Shown: in pieces, positions 19,834 to 28,459 of the stretch
Position numbering within the stretch: the stretch's first letter is position 1
Layout of the letters: every line of letters starts with the position of its first letter
Position numbers and translations under genes: made by a program
Origin: an uncultured Pseudomonadota bacterium
GTDB lineage: Bacteria; Desulfobacterota; Binatia; Binatales; Binataceae
Direction of reading: 5' to 3'
Assembly (NCBI GenBank): GCA_963795945.1
Contig: CAWCJN010000021.1
Span: 26,319-90,318 of the forward strand
Length of the DNA stretch: 64,000 bases
The notes under the pieces: generated by a model
What the model saw: the letters and a program-made list of their open reading frames with translations, nothing else
Databases searched by the model: none
Told to the model about the DNA's origin: nothing

Positions 19834-19917
19834 GAACCCGTTGAACGCTCAACCGGCTGTTGGCGCGATAACTATTCAGCGTTTTGATTGCACACATGCG
19901 GCGGCTAGATTTGCTGT

Positions 19918-21354
19918 ATGAACGCCGAGGCCATCCGCAATTATGTCGAGCCGTTATGGAACGACTCAATCGTCCCGGAACTGATCGAGTACGTTCGTAT
20001 TCCGAACAAGTCGCCCGCCTTTGACAAGGAATGGCGCGAGCACGGCTACATGGATCAGGTCGTCGCGCGCTTCGAGGCGTGGGCGCACGCGCAAAACCTC
20101 AAAGATGCGAAAATCGAGGTACTGCGCGCGGACAAGCGAACTCCGCTGATCTTTATCGACGTTCCGGGCCAGTTGCATAGCACGCAAGCGCGAACCGCGG
20201 ACGACTGCGTGCTCCTGTACGGCCATCTCGATAAGCAGCCCGAGATGACCGAATGGGCCGAGGGACGCGGCGCGTGGGAACCGAAAATCGAAGGCGACTA
20301 TCTCTATGGACGCGGCGCGGCGGACGACGGTTACTCGATGTTCGCCTGTCTCAGCGCGATCGGCGCATTGCAGGCTGCATCAATCCCACACGCCCGATGC
20401 GTTGTCATAATCGAGGCCTGCGAGGAGAGCGGCAGCCACGACCTGCCGAAGCATATTGAGGCGCTTGGTGACCGGCTCGGTCAGCCAAGTCTGGTGATTG
20501 GACTCGATTCGGGCTGCGGCAATTACGAACAGCTCTGGTGCACGACTTCCTTGCGAGGGCTGGCCGGCGGCACGCTGAAGGTGGAGGTGCTGACCGAAGG
20601 CATCCACTCCGGCGCGAGCGGGATCGTGCCGGATAGTTTTCGGATCGCGCGGCAATTGCTCAACCGAATTGAGGACGAGAAGACCGGGCGCGTGCTGGTC
20701 CCCGAGTTTCACGTGCCGATTCCCGAATCGCGTATCAAGGAAGCCCAGACCGCCGCCGCGATCCTCGGCGACTCGATGCGTGATGAGTTCCCGTTCATTG
20801 AAGGCGCGCGGCCCGCGGCCGATGATCTCACGGAGCTAGTGCTGAATCGCGACTGGCGTCCCGCTCTTTCGATTATTGGTCAGGACGGCATCCCGCAAAT
20901 CGGCAATGCGGGCAACGTTCTGCGGCCCATGACCGCGCTGCGCCTGTCATTGCGCATCCCGCCCGGATGCGATCCCAAACGCGCGAACCAGAGCATGAAG
21001 GAAATCCTCGAGAAGGACCCGCCGTATGGGGCGAAGGTTACCTACAAGAGTGATTGGGGCGCGTCAGGCTGGAATGCGCCGGAACTCGCGCCGTGGCTCT
21101 CCAAGTCGTTAGAGTCGGCCTCTGCCCGATGGTTCGGCAAGCCCGCGGCTTACATAGGCCTTGGCGGCACGATCCCGTTTATGAGCATGTTGGGCGAGAA
21201 GTTCCCGCAGGCGCAGTTTCTAATCACCGGCGTGCTGGGACCTCGTTCAAACGCCCATGGCCCGAATGAGTTTTTGCATATCCCGTTCGCGAAAAAACTC
21301 ACCTGCTGCGTCGCCGAGGTGATCGGGGATCATTTCCGGCGGCGCGATGAATAA
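19918..21354 (+). CDS. M20 family metallopeptidase
   Basis: YGHLDKQP, YGRGAADDG, CEESGS, NAHGPNE. Confidence 0.93.
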   Translation: MNAEAIRNYVEPLWNDSIVPELIEYVRIPNKSPAFDKEWREHGYMDQVVARFEAWAHAQNLKDAKIEVLRADKRTPLIFIDVPGQLHSTQARTADDCVLLYGHLDKQPEMTEWAEGRGAWEPKIEGDYLYGRGAADDGYSMFACLSAIGALQAASIPHARCVVIIEACEESGSHDLPKHIEALGDRLGQPSLVIGLDSGCGNYEQLWCTTSLRGLAGGTLKVEVLTEGIHSGASGIVPDSFRIARQLLNRIEDEKTGRVLVPEFHVPIPESRIKEAQTAAAILGDSMRDEFPFIEGARPAADDLTELVLNRDWRPALSIIGQDGIPQIGNAGNVLRPMTALRLSLRIPPGCDPKRANQSMKEILEKDPPYGAKVTYKSDWGASGWNAPELAPWLSKSLESASARWFGKPAAYIGLGGTIPFMSMLGEKFPQAQFLITGVLGPRSNAHGPNEFLHIPFAKKLTCCVAEVIGDHFRRRDE

Positions 21355-21414
21355 ACTGCACCGATAGAGCCTGCTCTATTCCAGATAGATAAAACTGTGC
21401 GCTTTCGATAGAAA

Positions 21415-21606
21415 GTGAAATTCAGAGACCTCATCAAAATGCTGCAGGAGGATGGCTGGTCTTTGGTTCGGATAGAGGGAAGTCATCGCCAGTTCAGGCA
21501 TCCGAACAAGCAAGGCAAGGTTACGGTTGCGGGCCATCCGTCGCGCGAAGTTCCGACAGGCACCCTGATGAGCATTTTCAAGCAACCTCAAATGAAGAGG
21601 CCATAA
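21415..21606 (+). CDS. hicA: HicA family toxin
   Basis: DGW..VR..GSHRQFRHP.K.G.VTV..H....V..GTL.SI. Confidence 0.93.
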   Translation: MKFRDLIKMLQEDGWSLVRIEGSHRQFRHPNKQGKVTVAGHPSREVPTGTLMSIFKQPQMKRP

Positions 21607-21608
21607 TA

Positions 21609-21839
21609 ATGCGTTATGCGGTCGTATATGAACGGGCTTCCGACGGCGGCTATGGAGCTTATATCCCCGACCTACCCGGATGCGTCGCGCTCGGCGAGAC
21701 GCTCGAAGAGACTCGGCGACTCATTCGAGAAGCAGTTGAGATGCACCTCGAGGCCATGCGTGCCGATGGCGAGCCAATTCCCGAGCCGAGTGCGATCTCG
21801 GAATACGTCGAAGCCGACGGAGCTATCCCCGCAGCGTAG
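21609..21839 (+). CDS. hicB: HicB family antitoxin (short, no DNA-binding tail)
   Basis: YGAYIPDLPGCVALGETLEE...IREA..MHLE..R.DGEPIPEP. Confidence 0.93.
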   Translation: MRYAVVYERASDGGYGAYIPDLPGCVALGETLEETRRLIREAVEMHLEAMRADGEPIPEPSAISEYVEADGAIPAA

Positions 21840-21930
21840 AATCCAACTCGCCTACTGTACTACTTCCGGTGCATTTCAGTTCGGATCGTTTGCTGCTCTC
21901 AGCCAGTGCTACAATGGGCAACTTGCCAGA

Positions 21931-22584
21931 CTATTTGAGCAACTGTTTCACGATTGCGAGGCTCATCGGTTCCTTGAAGCGGACTGTGCCGAGGGACGAC
22001 AGACCAGTCGTCCGCGCGACTGCTTCTGCGGCTTGCTCTACGTTTGCCGACGCCTCCCGATTTAGCGCGTTCAGGATGAATCCGCGCATCGCGACGCCTC
22101 GGCGAGTCGTATAATCGGAGACTCGGGCTGCTGCTTCGATGAATCCGCCTTGATCCGCCACTAGCAAAATTGCTTCGAGCTTCAACTCGATGGCCAAGTC
22201 CGCAAAATCGTGACTGCTATCGATCGGGGTGGCGAGGCCGCTGCTATCCTCAACAATCATCACATCGCTGCGCGACGCGATTTTGCGATACGCCTCCACG
22301 ATCCGGTCGAAGTTTGGTGCGGAAGTCGGATCAGTGGAGGGCGACGCCGGGCGGTATCGAAACGGCGAGACCAGTTCCATCGGGAGGTCCGATGACGCGC
22401 TCGCGAGTAGCGCTGCACTGTCCGCAGAAACGAGCATGCCGTCCGTCTCGACGCATCCGGTGGCGATCGGCTTCATCACACCGACGCGCATCCCGCGGAC
22501 TTTGAAGGCGAACGCCAATGCGCATCCAATCATGGTCTTGCCCGCGCGTACCTCGGTCCCGGTGATGAGAAAATTGAGAGACAT
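21931..22584 (-). CDS. bioD: Dethiobiotin synthetase-like protein (divergent)
   Basis: ITGT...AGKT P-loop, GVMKPIATG; several substrate-binding motifs degenerate. Confidence 0.7.
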   Translation of the reverse strand: MSLNFLITGTEVRAGKTMIGCALAFAFKVRGMRVGVMKPIATGCVETDGMLVSADSAALLASASSDLPMELVSPFRYRPASPSTDPTSAPNFDRIVEAYRKIASRSDVMIVEDSSGLATPIDSSHDFADLAIELKLEAILLVADQGGFIEAAARVSDYTTRRGVAMRGFILNALNREASANVEQAAEAVARTTGLSSLGTVRFKEPMSLAIVKQLLK

Positions 22585-22644
22585 GCCTTAACTCGCGCGA
22601 GAATAGCCGCATTGGCGCGGACTGTACGAATCAGTGTGACTAGA

Positions 22645-23787
22645 TCAACTGACCATTCGCGGCTGGTTCATCTTTTGCCGATATTCCGCTACCGAAATGA
22701 TTTGTCGCGCGTGCCGGTCCCAAAGAATGTATTTCAGGGCTTTGGGTACCTGAGCTAATTTGATGCGGGTGACATCCGTAAAGAGATGCCGATATTCATT
22801 GTGGCACCTGATCAAGCGGTAGTTTGGAATTTTCGCGGAGAGATGATGAATGTGATGATACGCAATATTGGCGGTAAACCAATTTAACCAGCGCGGCAAA
22901 ATCAGAAAACTCGTTCCCTCAATCGCACCAGTGTCGTAGTCCCAATGTTTGCCATCGCTCGCATAGGAGTGCTCAAAATTATGCTGAACGGTGAACAACA
23001 CCACGCCCGCGCCGCCGGCCAGCGAGGCGCTAATTAAATAAATCGTAAAAAAACGCAGCGGACCGACCGCGAAGCACATCAACGCCCAGATGCTGAGGAG
23101 CAGGACGTTGTTCCAGAACATATGCCAGTATTCTTTATCCGACTGCCAATAGCGCGTTACAAAACTTGCAGCGTGCGCCTTTATCGAGACGTGCGGCTGC
23201 CCAAATTTGCGTTTAACCATATGACTCACCAGGCCGATACTGCCTTTGAGCCAATTAAAGCGCGGATTAAAAATCGCATATATAAGGCCCGCAACCGGAG
23301 CGAACGCGACGCTGCACTTAAGTCTATATAGGCGCTGCTGCGTACCGGTCATCGCCGCGTATTCATCTACTGATAGGGTGGTGTACAGCCCGCGGTATTT
23401 GTCCCAATTGCCATTAGTGGCGTGATGATAACTATGATGCCGCGACCACACGTACTGCGGCATGCCGGAGATGACGCCTAGTAGAAACCCGCAGACGCGA
23501 TTGAGCGACTGGGTGCGGAACAAGCTGCCGTGGCCACATTCGTGCATCAGCACAAAAATGCGCAAAGTGAACAAGCTAATTAGCGCCACCGCCGCGGCGC
23601 TGAGCCAAAGAGAAATGTGGGTACTCGATACCGTCGCCCACCAGGCCAGCGCGAGAGCCGCCAATGCCATTAAAACTTGCGCCAATGCTCTTCCGTTACT
23701 GGCCCGAGCGTACTGGCGAATGATGGCTCGCTTTTCTTCCTTTATGCGGGGAATCGACGACACAATCGGATTACCCTCGTTTTGCAT
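22645..23787 (-). CDS. Membrane fatty acid desaturase
   Basis: Three His boxes HECGH, HSYHH, HHIHH; LFTVQHNFE; TM segments. Confidence 0.93.
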   Translation of the reverse strand: MQNEGNPIVSSIPRIKEEKRAIIRQYARASNGRALAQVLMALAALALAWWATVSSTHISLWLSAAAVALISLFTLRIFVLMHECGHGSLFRTQSLNRVCGFLLGVISGMPQYVWSRHHSYHHATNGNWDKYRGLYTTLSVDEYAAMTGTQQRLYRLKCSVAFAPVAGLIYAIFNPRFNWLKGSIGLVSHMVKRKFGQPHVSIKAHAASFVTRYWQSDKEYWHMFWNNVLLLSIWALMCFAVGPLRFFTIYLISASLAGGAGVVLFTVQHNFEHSYASDGKHWDYDTGAIEGTSFLILPRWLNWFTANIAYHHIHHLSAKIPNYRLIRCHNEYRHLFTDVTRIKLAQVPKALKYILWDRHARQIISVAEYRQKMNQPRMVS

Positions 23788-23917
23788 CAGTTTGGTATGA
23801 GGACTACGGACAGAAGTTTAGCAGACCGACAGGGTGCTGGTCGAAGCCCTGTACGAATAAGCCCCCCTGTGTTTAGATTGCCACAGATTCTAATCCGAAT
23901 TGTGCGAGGTGAACGTC

Positions 23918-25042
23918 GTGGAATATAACGTCATCGACGCTGACGGCCATATTTGCGAACCCCCCGACCTGTGGGAAAGATATATTGAGCCCAAGTACCG
24001 TGAGGGCTGCCCCAAACTGGTGACGCTCGAAGGCGGCGAGGAAATTTTGCGGATCGAAGGCGATTACGCGATCTCGCTCAGCCGCGGCAAGCAGAAGATT
24101 AGCTTCGGCGCAGTCGGCGCGTTCGGTGCACGCGACGGCAAGGTCTCCGCGCGAATCCCCTATACCGAAGGTCGCAAGGGCGGCTTCGATCCGCACGCGC
24201 GTATTCCGGATATGGACGCCGAAGGGATCGACGCGGCGTTTCTTTATCCCAGCCTCGGCCTGTTTATGGGCGCGACGAAGGACCCGGAGTTCTCGGCGGC
24301 GGTCTGCCGCGCGTACAACCGATGGCTCGCCGATTACTGTAAGCCTTATCCCGAGCGATTGTTCGGTGCGGCGATGCTGCCAATGCAATCGGTCGAAGGC
24401 GCGGTGCAGGAGCTGCGCTTCGCAGTTAAGGAGTTGAACTTTAAGGCCGGTTTTATCCGACCTAATCCGTACAATGGGCGCGTCCTGCACGATCCCGAAT
24501 ATGATCCGCTCTGGACCGAAGCGCAGGAACTGGGTTTTTCGATCGGAATCCACGGTGGCTCCGAAAGCGGTCAACCGACTCTCGCGATGGATCGATTTAA
24601 GCGCGGGGGAGCGGTCCGCCATGTCGTCTCGCATACCTTCGAGATGATCGCGGCAGCGACCAGCCTGATCATGTGCGGCGTCTGTGATCGCTTCCCGAAG
24701 GTCAAGTTCGCCTTCCTCGAATCGGGCGGCGGCTGGATGGCGGGATGGCTCGACCGGATGGATCGCCATTTCGACGACGCCGGGATGAACGATACTAAGT
24801 TGTCGATGCGGCCCAGCGATCTATTTCGCCGTCAATGCTTTATCTCGTTCGAGCCGGTCGAAGGCTCGCTCAAGTATCTCGCCGATTATATTGGCTCGGA
24901 GAATATCCTGTGGGCGACTGACTATCCGCATCTGGACGGCTTTCCCGACGCGCCGAATATGATCAAGCGGATGGGCTTGCCGCCGGCGACGCTCAAGAAC
25001 GTGCTCGCAACCGGCGCAAAACGGTATTACAACCTGCAGTAA
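23918..25042 (+). CDS. Amidohydrolase family protein, paralogue 1
   Basis: IDADGH..EP, YNRWLADYC, FLESGGGW, WATDYPH. GTG start at 23918 behind GAGG mirrors the paralogue's MEYNV. Confidence 0.92.
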   Translation: MEYNVIDADGHICEPPDLWERYIEPKYREGCPKLVTLEGGEEILRIEGDYAISLSRGKQKISFGAVGAFGARDGKVSARIPYTEGRKGGFDPHARIPDMDAEGIDAAFLYPSLGLFMGATKDPEFSAAVCRAYNRWLADYCKPYPERLFGAAMLPMQSVEGAVQELRFAVKELNFKAGFIRPNPYNGRVLHDPEYDPLWTEAQELGFSIGIHGGSESGQPTLAMDRFKRGGAVRHVVSHTFEMIAAATSLIMCGVCDRFPKVKFAFLESGGGWMAGWLDRMDRHFDDAGMNDTKLSMRPSDLFRRQCFISFEPVEGSLKYLADYIGSENILWATDYPHLDGFPDAPNMIKRMGLPPATLKNVLATGAKRYYNLQ

Positions 25043-25060
25043 CGGCGAGGTAATTGAGCC

Positions 25061-26188
25061 ATGGAATACAACGTCATCGACGCGGACGGTCATATCCTCG
25101 AACCGCCTGACCTATGGGAACGGTATATCGAGCCGAAATACCGCGAGACCTGCCCCAAAATACTATTTACCGAGAATGGCGGCGAGATTCTGCGAATCGA
25201 AGGCGACGACGCGATCGATCTCGGACGCGGCAAGAAACCGGTCAAGCTCGGCGGCCTCGGCACGTTCGGCGCTCGCGCCGGCGGGATGAACGCCTTTGGG
25301 ACCGAGTATCTGAAGGGCAAGGCGGGCGGCTTCGATCCGCACAAACGCATCCCCGACATGGACGCCGAGGGAATCGACGCGGCGTTCCTCTATCCGAGCC
25401 TCGGGCTATTTCTCGGCGCGACCAAGGACCCGGAATTCTCGGCCGCGGCGTGCCGCGCTTACAATCGATGGCTCGCTGATTACTGCAAACCATATCCCGA
25501 GCGGCTGTTCGGGGCGGCGATGCTGCCGATGCAGTCGGTCGAGCACGCCGTGCAGGAGCTAAAGTTTGCCGCGAGGGAGCTTGGCTTCCGCGCCGGCTTT
25601 ATCCGCCCGAATCCCTATAATGGACGCGTTCTGCACGACCCGGCCAATGATCCGATTTGGGCGGCGGCGCAGGAGATGGATTTCTCGATCGGCATCCACA
25701 GCGGCTCGGAGAGCGGGCAGGCGACGGTCGGGTTCGATCGCTTTACGCGGGGGTTCGCGGTGCGCCATCTGGTGGCTCATACGATGGAGATGATGGCGGC
25801 GGCGACCAGCCTGATTATGTGCGGTGTGTGTGATCGCTTTCCCAAGCTGCGGATTGCCTTCCTCGAATCCGGCGGCGGCTGGATGGCGGGATGGCTCGAT
25901 CGGATGGACCGGCATTACGACGATCAAGGCATGAATGACACGGGCCTGTCGGCGCGGCCTAGTGAGATTTTCCGCCGTCAGTGCTTTATTTCGTTCGAAC
26001 CGGTCGAAGGATCGTTGAAATGCCTCGCGGAGTATCTCGGCTCTGACAATATCCTGTGGGCGACTGACTATCCGCACGCCGACGGCTTCCCCGACGCGGC
26101 GAATATGATCAAACGGATGGGTCTGCCGCCAAAGACGCTCGCGAATGTGCTGGCCGGCGGCGCCAAGCGGTACTACAACATCCATTAA
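25061..26188 (+). CDS. Amidohydrolase family protein, paralogue 2
   Basis: Same motifs; colinear with the upstream paralogue. Confidence 0.92.
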   Translation: MEYNVIDADGHILEPPDLWERYIEPKYRETCPKILFTENGGEILRIEGDDAIDLGRGKKPVKLGGLGTFGARAGGMNAFGTEYLKGKAGGFDPHKRIPDMDAEGIDAAFLYPSLGLFLGATKDPEFSAAACRAYNRWLADYCKPYPERLFGAAMLPMQSVEHAVQELKFAARELGFRAGFIRPNPYNGRVLHDPANDPIWAAAQEMDFSIGIHSGSESGQATVGFDRFTRGFAVRHLVAHTMEMMAAATSLIMCGVCDRFPKLRIAFLESGGGWMAGWLDRMDRHYDDQGMNDTGLSARPSEIFRRQCFISFEPVEGSLKCLAEYLGSDNILWATDYPHADGFPDAANMIKRMGLPPKTLANVLAGGAKRYYNIH

Positions 26189-26307
26189 CCAGTTCGCGCC
26201 ACGATTGAGACATTACGGGCAGGTATCAGTGCCCTACGCGGTTGAATTTGCCATCTACTAGCCGGACGATCGACGCGCGTGAGATGACGGTACTTCAAGG
26301 AGCCAGG

Positions 26308-26355
26308 TTGCATGCTCTGATAAATTGTGACACATTCCATTGGAATGTGTCACAA
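26308..26355 (+). promoter_or_regulatory. TA operon promoter/operator
   Basis: TTGCAT-17nt-CACATT overlapped by the perfect palindrome TTGTGACACATTCCA-T-TGGAATGTGTCACAA (26325-26355). Confidence 0.75.
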
Positions 26356-26373
26356 AGCCGAAGAGGTCTTAGC

Positions 26374-26601
26374 CTGAAGACAGTTACAATCCGGCAAGTA
26401 AGGTCTGCACTTGCGCGTCTCGATCAGATTGTGATGGAAGAAGGTGAGCTGGTTGTGACTCGTCATGGACGTCCACTGGCGCGAATTCTCCCGGCCCGTT
26501 CACATCGCGGCATCCCGGCGCGAGCGGAATTTAGGGCGGCGATGCCGCCGCTGAAAGTATCGAGCGCAGCGCTGATTCGGCGTGATCGTGACGCGCGCTA
26601 G
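26374..26601 (+). CDS. Phd/YefM family antitoxin
   Basis: (M)KTVTIRQVR..L.RL......ELVVTRHGRPLARILP ... LIRRDRDAR. Family N-terminus coincides with CTG 26374 behind AGAGG. Confidence 0.85.
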   Translation: MKTVTIRQVRSALARLDQIVMEEGELVVTRHGRPLARILPARSHRGIPARAEFRAAMPPLKVSSAALIRRDRDAR

Positions 26602-26612
26602 TCGGAATTGCG

Positions 26613-27077
26613 CTGAACGGACTGGTTTACATCGACACGAGCGCTTTAGCCAAGCGCTATCTGGCAGAGCACGGCTCCGACGAGTTCGATCAATTTCTTG
26701 CAGGGTTCACGTCGGCATCAGTTAGCCGGCTGACGGTAGTCGAACTTCATTGCCTCCTTGCCCGCCGGCGGCGCAGCCGTGAAATAGATTCGCGGACCGA
26801 GCGGCGTGTGATAGCCGCGTTCGAAGATGATGTCGCGCAAGGGTTTTTCGAAGTGCACCCATTGGAGGATCGGCATGCTCTCCATGCGCGCGATCTCCTA
26901 ATTCGACTAGCGAGGCTTCCGCTGCGAACGCTTGACGCGCTTCATCTGGCGATCGCAACGCTGATCGAAGCGGAAACGATCGCGACGGCGGACGAAGTTT
27001 TTGCATCGGCTGCGACGGCACTCTCCCTCCACGTTGAAAGTTTCGGCCGGGCCAAGCGCATCTCCTCACGGCGGTGA
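26613..27077 (+). CDS. vapC: VapC family PIN-domain toxin
   Basis: Frame open from 26592: LVYIDTSALAKRY..E.GS, LTVVE, LRTLDALHLA, TAD. Start uncertain (CTG 26613). Confidence 0.85.
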   Translation: MNGLVYIDTSALAKRYLAEHGSDEFDQFLAGFTSASVSRLTVVELHCLLARRRRSREIDSRTERRVIAAFEDDVAQGFFEVHPLEDRHALHARDLLIRLARLPLRTLDALHLAIATLIEAETIATADEVFASAATALSLHVESFGRAKRISSRR

Positions 27078-27254
27078 GCCTGTACGTGTTCAGTTTTGTG
27101 CTGTGGTCAGAGCCGTGATCCTGTTGGAGGCCATGTCGAAACCTCTTGACAGCGCCCGCCTCGAACACGGATGAAACATTCATTAATGGGCCAAGGGAGC
27201 GCGCCTCCTCGGAGGACGCGATTCCGCGATTTCGCTTAGAAAAGGAGTCTCTCG

Positions 27255-28328
27255 ATGGAATTTGCAATCACCTACCCGGCGCGGCCGGACGCCTGGAAAG
27301 ATATCGCGATCGCCGAGGATAACGGCTTCGTCAATTGCTGGTTCTACGATTCGCAGATGATCTACAGCGACGTGTACGTCTGCATGGCGCTGGCAGCCGA
27401 GCATACTAAGCGGATCAAGCTCTCGACCGGCGTAGCAATTCCGTCGAATCGAATCGAGCCGGTGACCGCGCATTCGATCGCCACGATCAATCTGCTCGCG
27501 CCGGGGCGCACGATTCTCGGGATCGGCAGCGGCTTCACCGGGCGCAACACGATGGGCTTACCGCCAGTGCCGCTCGAACGAATCCGCGAATACGTCGCGA
27601 TGGTCCGCAAGCTGCTCCATGGCGACGAGGTCACCTATCGTGACGGCAAGCGCGAGCGCGCGATCCGGTTTCTGCATCCTAAGAGCGAGCAGGGCTATAT
27701 CAATATTAAGGAATCAATTCCGATCCATCTCGCTGCCGACGGACCCAAGGCGCTCGAAATGACCGGCGAGATCGCCGACGGCTGGATGACCGTGCTGTCG
27801 GACCCGGAGCGCTTCAAGCATAAATATGATCTCGTGAAAAAGGGCGCCCAGCGGGCCGGACGTTCATTCGATAATCTGCCGAACGCGATCCTGACCTCCG
27901 GATGCGTTCTGCGCGACGGCGAAAAACCCGACTCACCGCGAGTGGTCGAGCGGATGGGTCCTTTCGCGGTGGTTTTCTTGCACGCGCTGTGGGAAGCGTC
28001 CGCGGTCTCGGCGGGACTTCAAGGACCGCTGCTCAAGCTGTGGGAGCGCTATCGCGACGAATACATCCCGACCATGAAAACGCCGGAATCGAAGCGTTAT
28101 CTCGAAATGCACGAGGGCCATCTGATCTATATGCGCCCCGGCGAGGAGAAGTACGCGACTGCCGATCTTATCGGCACGATGACGCTGACTGGCCGCGGTG
28201 AGGAAATTCGCGAGCGGCTGAAAGGGCTTGAAGCGGCGGGCGTCAAGCAGGTCGCGATTCAGGTGGTCTATCCTCACGGTCGTGAGATGATCGAAGATTT
28301 CTGCCGCGAAGTGATCGCCAAGTATTAA
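27255..28328 (+). CDS. LLM class flavin-dependent oxidoreductase (Mer-like)
   Basis: WFYDSQM, IKLSTGV, LAPGR.ILGIGSG, GPKALEMTGEIADG. Confidence 0.9.
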   Translation: MEFAITYPARPDAWKDIAIAEDNGFVNCWFYDSQMIYSDVYVCMALAAEHTKRIKLSTGVAIPSNRIEPVTAHSIATINLLAPGRTILGIGSGFTGRNTMGLPPVPLERIREYVAMVRKLLHGDEVTYRDGKRERAIRFLHPKSEQGYINIKESIPIHLAADGPKALEMTGEIADGWMTVLSDPERFKHKYDLVKKGAQRAGRSFDNLPNAILTSGCVLRDGEKPDSPRVVERMGPFAVVFLHALWEASAVSAGLQGPLLKLWERYRDEYIPTMKTPESKRYLEMHEGHLIYMRPGEEKYATADLIGTMTLTGRGEEIRERLKGLEAAGVKQVAIQVVYPHGREMIEDFCREVIAKY

Positions 28329-28364
28329 GCACTAGGCGGAGCGCAGCGAAGCCGAGCACGCCAA

Positions 28365-28413
28365 TGGAGCGGAGCGAAATGAGCAAACGAGTCCGCGAAG
28401 TGCGTTTCAGATT
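28365..28413 (+). repeat. Intergenic repeat family 2, copy
   Basis: 42/49 identical to 30402-30450. Confidence 0.75.
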
Positions 28414-28459
28414 ACGAAACGTGCGCATAGCGAACGAAGTGAGTGATTAAAGATTAGCC

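Noticed and set aside
23873-26185. Similar minus-strand ORFs (298 and 208 aa) that look like a duplicated gene
   Set aside because: Antisense shadows of the two amidohydrolase paralogues
26242-26373. N-terminal extension of the antitoxin ORF from TTG 26242
   Set aside because: It runs through the promoter and operator palindrome; family similarity starts only at 26374
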